Virus record (IMG/VR): IMGVR_UViG_3300029993_000005
Span: 1-64,000 of that record
Reading direction: 5' to 3' (one strand)
Length of the DNA stretch: 64,000 bases
The position numbers and the translations under genes are program-made. Within the stretch, counting starts at the first letter, position 1; every line of letters begins with the position of its first letter. Under the pieces are notes generated by a model, which was not told where the DNA came from, ran no database searches, and worked only from the letters and a program-made list of their open reading frames with translations. Below are positions 59,615-64,000 of the stretch, in pieces.

Positions 59615-60466
59615 TTAGTCCAAAGGTGTAATCCTTGGTTTTATAGAGCCTTCAGGTTCCATGTGGTTCATCAATTCAGTCCAATTGCCGTAGGCTGTTA
59701 GAGGTTCCATATTTAGGGCTACTACTTTTGTCCTAGTAATGGGTCCTAACGGACGGTTCTTCTCCGGAATTCTTTCTATTTCAGCTTCAGTTAAATATTC
59801 TTGTACCTTTACCCTGCTGACATAAGTTCCACGTTTGAAGAACTGCGGGTAGTCGTTCCAATTGACACCCTTAGCAATCATCAGGTCATGCATATTAGCC
59901 GTATTCTTTTTATGCAGTTCTTTCTGCGTGTACAGAGCCTGTGCCGCCATAGACACACTATTCTTTGTCGCATCCAGTTCTCGCCACAAGAAATTATTGT
60001 AGACTTCCGTCGTATTCGGCAATTGAAATACGCGACAATCGAAAATAGGGCTCAGATGATTGCACTTGGGTAGAAAAAATCCAACCTGCTGATTGAAATT
60101 AACACTGGCACCAGCAGCTAATAGCGACGTCCATTTCTGGATACGTCCGTCAAACATCATCTCTGCGGGGGTAGGCATTGGCTTCTCCTCATCCCACTTT
60201 TCATTACGCCAGAATAAAGTTATTTCGTCACTCTGAGTGTACCCAAGATGAGCCTCAAATTTGTCTACCAAATAACGCGTGGTCTCGATCATGCAGCGAC
60301 TAAAACCTGAGTCATAAGGAAGGTCTAGTCCTTTCGTGAACGTGTGAAAAGAACGACCATCTAGTCGTGCCATGATAGGCAATCGCTGCATTAGTCGACG
60401 GCCAGCATTCTCCATTTCATAGCGCTTCATTCGGTCACCCAGCGGGTCTTTCTTGTTACTTGGCAT
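59615..60466 (-). CDS. thg1: tRNA-His guanylyltransferase / Thg1-like 3'-5' polymerase
   Basis: GDRMKRYE, RLDGRSFH, YTQSDEI, FDGRIQK, FDCR, WRELDA.KNS, GVNWND. Confidence 0.93.
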   Translation of the reverse strand: MPSNKKDPLGDRMKRYEMENAGRRLMQRLPIMARLDGRSFHTFTKGLDLPYDSGFSRCMIETTRYLVDKFEAHLGYTQSDEITLFWRNEKWDEEKPMPTPAEMMFDGRIQKWTSLLAAGASVNFNQQVGFFLPKCNHLSPIFDCRVFQLPNTTEVYNNFLWRELDATKNSVSMAAQALYTQKELHKKNTANMHDLMIAKGVNWNDYPQFFKRGTYVSRVKVQEYLTEAEIERIPEKNRPLGPITRTKVVALNMEPLTAYGNWTELMNHMEPEGSIKPRITPLD

Positions 60467-60671
60467 ATTTGTAATAGTCCTCAGTGTTCAGCAGGTTGTG
60501 GATTATACGTTGCCAGTCTTCTTTTGGAAACTGTGCATGAAACTTAGCCTTCTGTTCTTTATACAGCTTCTCGCTTAACGTTGCATCATCCGCTTCAATA
60601 ACTGACATGAGGATCGTGCCTGAGCTAACAATCATGCCGTGATAAACAACTGAACCTTTGTGCCTACTCAT
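60456..60671 (-). CDS. hypothetical protein
   Basis: 71-aa coupled ORF. Confidence 0.65.
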   Translation of the reverse strand: MSRHKGSVVYHGMIVSSGTILMSVIEADDATLSEKLYKEQKAKFHAQFPKEDWQRIIHNLLNTEDYYKYAK

Positions 60672-60976
60672 TTGGTCAACTCTTTTTGTAATTGGTTTAC
60701 AACAGAACGTTTGAGCACCGCTTCTAATGAAGGATCCAACAAAGGTAGGCCAACAATCGAGGCATAAGTGTTGGCACTAAACTTAGAACTGGCAAAATTC
60801 TCGTCATAAGTACAACGACCATGAACCCGGTGCTTCCACATGCAGCTATTTTTTGGGAGCGGGCAATTGGCAACTGCTATTTGCTGCTGGATAACCACAC
60901 AAAAAGTTCCACGTTCAGGATCAATTTTCGGAGTCAGAGTCAGAGTATTTTGCATTTGATATTCCGTTTTGTACAC
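60668..60976 (-). CDS. Cys-containing hypothetical
   Basis: C.....CMW......C pattern. Confidence 0.6.
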   Translation of the reverse strand: MYKTEYQMQNTLTLTPKIDPERGTFCVVIQQQIAVANCPLPKNSCMWKHRVHGRCTYDENFASSKFSANTYASIVGLPLLDPSLEAVLKRSVVNQLQKELTK

Positions 60977-61571
60977 TAGCCATAAGTTCGGTCAAGGCCT
61001 GCATCTGCGCCAAGCTAAAGGAACCGTCGAGATGGATACGATCTTTATCATACTCGTCCCGCACGTCGTAACGTGCGTAGTCCAGTTCACGAACTTCGGT
61101 ATGGACGCGTGACAGCTCTGCATCGATGGCGTCCTGGGTCCAGGTTTTGTACACCGGCAGTTCGCTGGACTTTAATCTCGGGCATTTAGAACTAATCAGT
61201 TCTAGGAACTGGGCACCACTGTTTATATGAAAACGGACGTCGACAACCACGTGCATTTCCACACGTTGGATAATATCGTTCTGATCCACATACACAGTGA
61301 CCGCGTTGTTAGTACCCATGTCCGCCAGTATCTGATCAATCTCTACAACACGCAGGGCCACAGGTCGCAACGTTGAGATGGCAGACAGCGCAATATGGTC
61401 CCACTTCGTACCCTTCAAATATTCACAGACCGGAAGCTTGATAAATACCTGACTCAATGGTGTGGATCCGGCAATAGTCTCTGGACCTACAATCGGCTTC
61501 GGTTCCGTTGGAACATCATGTAGAGCTTTGTATTGGCAGAACTCGCCGTTCTCGTTTTTATAGTTGATCAT
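60921..61571 (-). CDS. hypothetical, central segment resembling the I78/potato-I inhibitor fold
   Basis: LRP..LRV...I.AD...N.VTVYVDQNDIIQRV. Confidence 0.5.
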   Translation of the reverse strand: MINYKNENGEFCQYKALHDVPTEPKPIVGPETIAGSTPLSQVFIKLPVCEYLKGTKWDHIALSAISTLRPVALRVVEIDQILADMGTNNAVTVYVDQNDIIQRVEMHVVVDVRFHINSGAQFLELISSKCPRLKSSELPVYKTWTQDAIDAELSRVHTEVRELDYARYDVRDEYDKDRIHLDGSFSLAQMQALTELMASVQNGISNAKYSDSDSEN

Positions 61572-61771
61572 AAATATCTCCAGCTGGTGACCAGCCGTCC
61601 AACAGAATTGTCCACATCATGGTCAAAGAGCCAGCCGTAATGACCGCAAAGCAAAGTGTAGCGAGCAGTGGTAATGCGTCCGTTGGAGAACTGGACTTCG
61701 ACCTTGACGTCTGTGGCGGGATAATTAAAAATAGTCCATTCGCGGTCGCTGGTCATTCGATGTATCTCCAC
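61568..61771 (-). CDS. small DUF551-like protein
   Basis: W..FNYP...VEV...A.Y...W...V.SWRYL; paralogue of the neighbour. Confidence 0.6.
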   Translation of the reverse strand: MEIHRMTSDREWTIFNYPATDVKVEVQFSNGRITTARYTLLCGHYGWLFDHDVDNSVGRLVTSWRYL

Positions 61772-61974
61772 CTTTGGATTTCACTTGGGCTTATGTGCAT
61801 GTGTGGCGCGTCGTCGGACATCCACCAGTCGACAAGCCCATGATGATGTATGCGCGCCTTGATAAATATTCCGGTCTTCATTTCGAGCTCGACCAAGCGG
61901 CCTACCACTGGATAATTGTAGGTCATCCACGTGTTACACTGCTTGGTCTCGAAGTCTTGAGTTGGAAGATACAT
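61753..61974 (-). CDS. small DUF551-like protein
   Basis: W.TYNYP...VEL...A...W...I.RWRYI. Confidence 0.6.
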   Translation of the reverse strand: MYLPTQDFETKQCNTWMTYNYPVVGRLVELEMKTGIFIKARIHHHGLVDWWMSDDAPHMHISPSEIQRWRYIE

Positions 61975-61976
61975 GA

Positions 61977-62996
61977 TTAGGATTCCTTTGCATTGTTAAG
62001 CACCCGCCTACGGACTTGGCACACGTGCTTACGTGTCTCTACATCAACGTCTAAGCCCCGGACCCAGGTTTGAAAGAAGTCCTCTGTCTTGATGATCAGT
62101 TCTTTACATTCGGATAAATCTTCAGTCAGGACCAGGGCTAAGTCAGATTTTGATTTGTAGTTCTTAATAATTGCGATGTTAGTCAGGGACGCCCAATCAG
62201 AAGGTCCTACATCAGCACCATCTTGAATCACCAACTTTACCAAATCGAACTTCGAGTGCGGTATCAGTTTCAAGTCTTCTCTATGCTCCAACACAATATT
62301 GTGCAACTTGTATTTCGGCTCGTGATTGACCAATGTTATGTTGAAATCTTGAGCACTATTGAACTCGATATGATGGAAATACTTGGGTAGGGACTCTCCA
62401 AAATTAGTCTGATACAGGGTGCCGCAGTAATGCGTGTTACGAATCCTGTGTGCCGTATGTAAGTGACCGCCAATTGCCACAGCCTTTGACTTGGACAATG
62501 ACTCATCGGTAGCTAAACGTCCGCTATCACCTTTCGAGCCATAGACCTCGTTGTGAAATATGTTAAGGGCATTAGGATCGAAATTGGTAGAAGGATAAGG
62601 CAAGAATCTTACGTCCACACCATCAACGGTTATTGATTTAGGACGGGTAAAATATCGAACATTGGGTTGCTTGAAATTCTGTAGAATTTGAAGGCTGTGA
62701 CCGGTGTCCGGGGTCAGTCCGTAGAGATCATGATTTCCAGTCATCAAATAAAACGTAAAATCAGGATTGCTGGAAAACAGTCCCGAGAGAGCCAACATGC
62801 CAGGATAGCTCCCCCTAGGCCCGTCAAAGATATCACCAGGAAATATGATTTTGTTCAGGCCTTTTGAACGTCCATAGGCCAGTACTTTATCAACCTCAGA
62901 AACTACAAACTGGTCGGGGTCCTCTATGTATTTCGATAGTCCACCAGTTCCATCTGAGGCGGTAAGATGCAAGTCACCAACGCAAAGCAGCTCCAC
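61977..62996 (-). CDS. SbcD/Mre11/T4 gp47-like metallophosphoesterase nuclease
   Basis: GDLH, GDIFD, GNHD, FHNE, GGHLH, Y.GTLYQ..FGE. Confidence 0.88.
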   Translation of the reverse strand: MELLCVGDLHLTASDGTGGLSKYIEDPDQFVVSEVDKVLAYGRSKGLNKIIFPGDIFDGPRGSYPGMLALSGLFSSNPDFTFYLMTGNHDLYGLTPDTGHSLQILQNFKQPNVRYFTRPKSITVDGVDVRFLPYPSTNFDPNALNIFHNEVYGSKGDSGRLATDESLSKSKAVAIGGHLHTAHRIRNTHYCGTLYQTNFGESLPKYFHHIEFNSAQDFNITLVNHEPKYKLHNIVLEHREDLKLIPHSKFDLVKLVIQDGADVGPSDWASLTNIAIIKNYKSKSDLALVLTEDLSECKELIIKTEDFFQTWVRGLDVDVETRKHVCQVRRRVLNNAKES

Positions 62997-63592
62997 TATT
63001 TGCTCCGTTTACGTCGTGATAAAATATTCCAATAGCCAGATGCCTGGTCCTCCTCAGGTTCTAGCTCAGGTTCAAGATTTGGAAACGGATGAAATGCTGG
63101 TTTCTGTGTCGGATAGGAATGGTCACTATCAGACAAGACGCGATCAATAATAGGTTTGGGTTCTGTATCAAAGAGTCTTTGACGCTCTACAAGTCCTTCT
63201 TTGGACTTCAGCAAAAGCTTGGTGCGCCACTCAGGAATCACACGTAGTGAATCCCGTTCAACCAAATTAATGAAATCTGCGGTCCAACCAAAATTAGTTA
63301 GTGGTGCTTGCATTGTCAGATCAATGGGTATCCACGCAGCAGGAATCTTAATAGCGATGAGGTGTCTGGCTTCGTCAGCGCCATTAAACTTAGGAACCGA
63401 AAACAGAATCTCTGCCTGCTGGTGGCGAGCATGGGGAATCTGCGATGTTTCCCACGTACTAAGTTGGTGACTATTCACCACGTACAGAGGACCTTTAGCT
63501 TTAGCTAGGATCCCGCGTACCTTAGCCAAAGACTGACCCTTCAACAACCACAGAATGTAGCTCTTACGTAAATTAGCAATAATTTGTTTCAT
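62996..63592 (-). CDS. hypothetical protein
   Basis: 198-aa ORF coupled to the nuclease gene. Confidence 0.75.
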   Translation of the reverse strand: MKQIIANLRKSYILWLLKGQSLAKVRGILAKAKGPLYVVNSHQLSTWETSQIPHARHQQAEILFSVPKFNGADEARHLIAIKIPAAWIPIDLTMQAPLTNFGWTADFINLVERDSLRVIPEWRTKLLLKSKEGLVERQRLFDTEPKPIIDRVLSDSDHSYPTQKPAFHPFPNLEPELEPEEDQASGYWNILSRRKRSK

Positions 63593-63619
63593 TGAGAACT
63601 CCTTTGTATAATTACTTTT

Positions 63620-63628
63620 TATTTACTA
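63620..63628 (-). promoter_or_regulatory. TAGTAAATA motif
   Basis: Intergenic, upstream of 63592. Confidence 0.55.
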
Positions 63629-63636
63629 GACTCGAA

Positions 63637-63966
63637 TTAGTTACTATTGTGGAGATAGTGTGCCAACGCATTAAAATCTTTAGCACTTTTGAGTTCGGAT
63701 ATCAATTTAGGATGAATAACTAATATAGGGTTGCGTGCAAATTCAGTAGCGCCAAGAATGTAGACCGCTGGTTCCAACACAAAACCGTGTATTAAATTTA
63801 ACTTTTCTTGTTGGCGATTAATCCACCACTGGGGATGGAACCACTTTTTGTTGAAAATTACTTTTGGAATCGTTCCTGTCTTGGTCGCTAAATCGGAGAC
63901 CCTGAAGTCTAAGCCTAGTATTTGATTGTGAGTCTTAACGTTGGTCCTCAACATCAAGTCCCTCAC
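63637..63966 (-). CDS. hypothetical protein
   Basis: 109-aa ORF. Confidence 0.65.
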   Translation of the reverse strand: MRDLMLRTNVKTHNQILGLDFRVSDLATKTGTIPKVIFNKKWFHPQWWINRQQEKLNLIHGFVLEPAVYILGATEFARNPILVIHPKLISELKSAKDFNALAHYLHNSN

Positions 63967-64000
63967 CTCGTTGATAGATTTAAGAATATTGTCAGTAGCT

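Noticed and set aside
1412-63508. All plus-strand ORFs in the track
   Set aside because: Each overlaps a better-supported minus-strand gene, lacks an RBS or recognisable motif, or mirrors low-complexity sequence; treated as shadows
1-64000. Stop-codon reassignment (alternative genetic code)
   Set aside because: Long conserved genes (nadV, ligA, rtcB, gyrA/B, thg1) are uninterrupted in the standard code, all three stops end genes, and no suppressor tRNA was seen

Overview
This looks like a 64-kb segment of a large lytic tailed-phage genome, probably jumbo-type. About 115 tightly packed genes all lie on the minus strand, and the plus-strand ORFs are shadows. Recognisable genes are an NAD+ salvage pair (NAMPT and NMNAT-Nudix), tRNA-Arg(UCU), NAD-dependent DNA ligase, RtcB RNA ligase, a Thg1-like 3'-5' polymerase, an SbcD/Mre11/gp47-type nuclease, an HNH protein and a J-domain protein. 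The type IIA topoisomerase A and B genes are also present, and B carries two mini-inteins, one an atypical Pro-start class-3 type. The most interesting signals are regulatory. (1) Eleven intergenic copies of a near-palindromic G[TCA]TGG-TG-CCAAC box sit in sigma70-like promoter/leader cassettes, with a pair of ribbon-helix-helix-like paralogues as candidate binders. (2) A second upstream motif, TAGTAAATA, occurs together with a divergent sigma-like gene. (3) Both NAD genes share a covarying twin-hairpin leader. Also notable are an Acb1/57B-like 2H-phosphodiesterase with degenerate catalytic motifs, a mosaic five-member paralogue family, a gene broken by a (TA)5 slip, a triple-Tudor-like protein and an AT-hook plus acidic-tail protein. 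All family calls come from motif recognition by eye; no database search was run.
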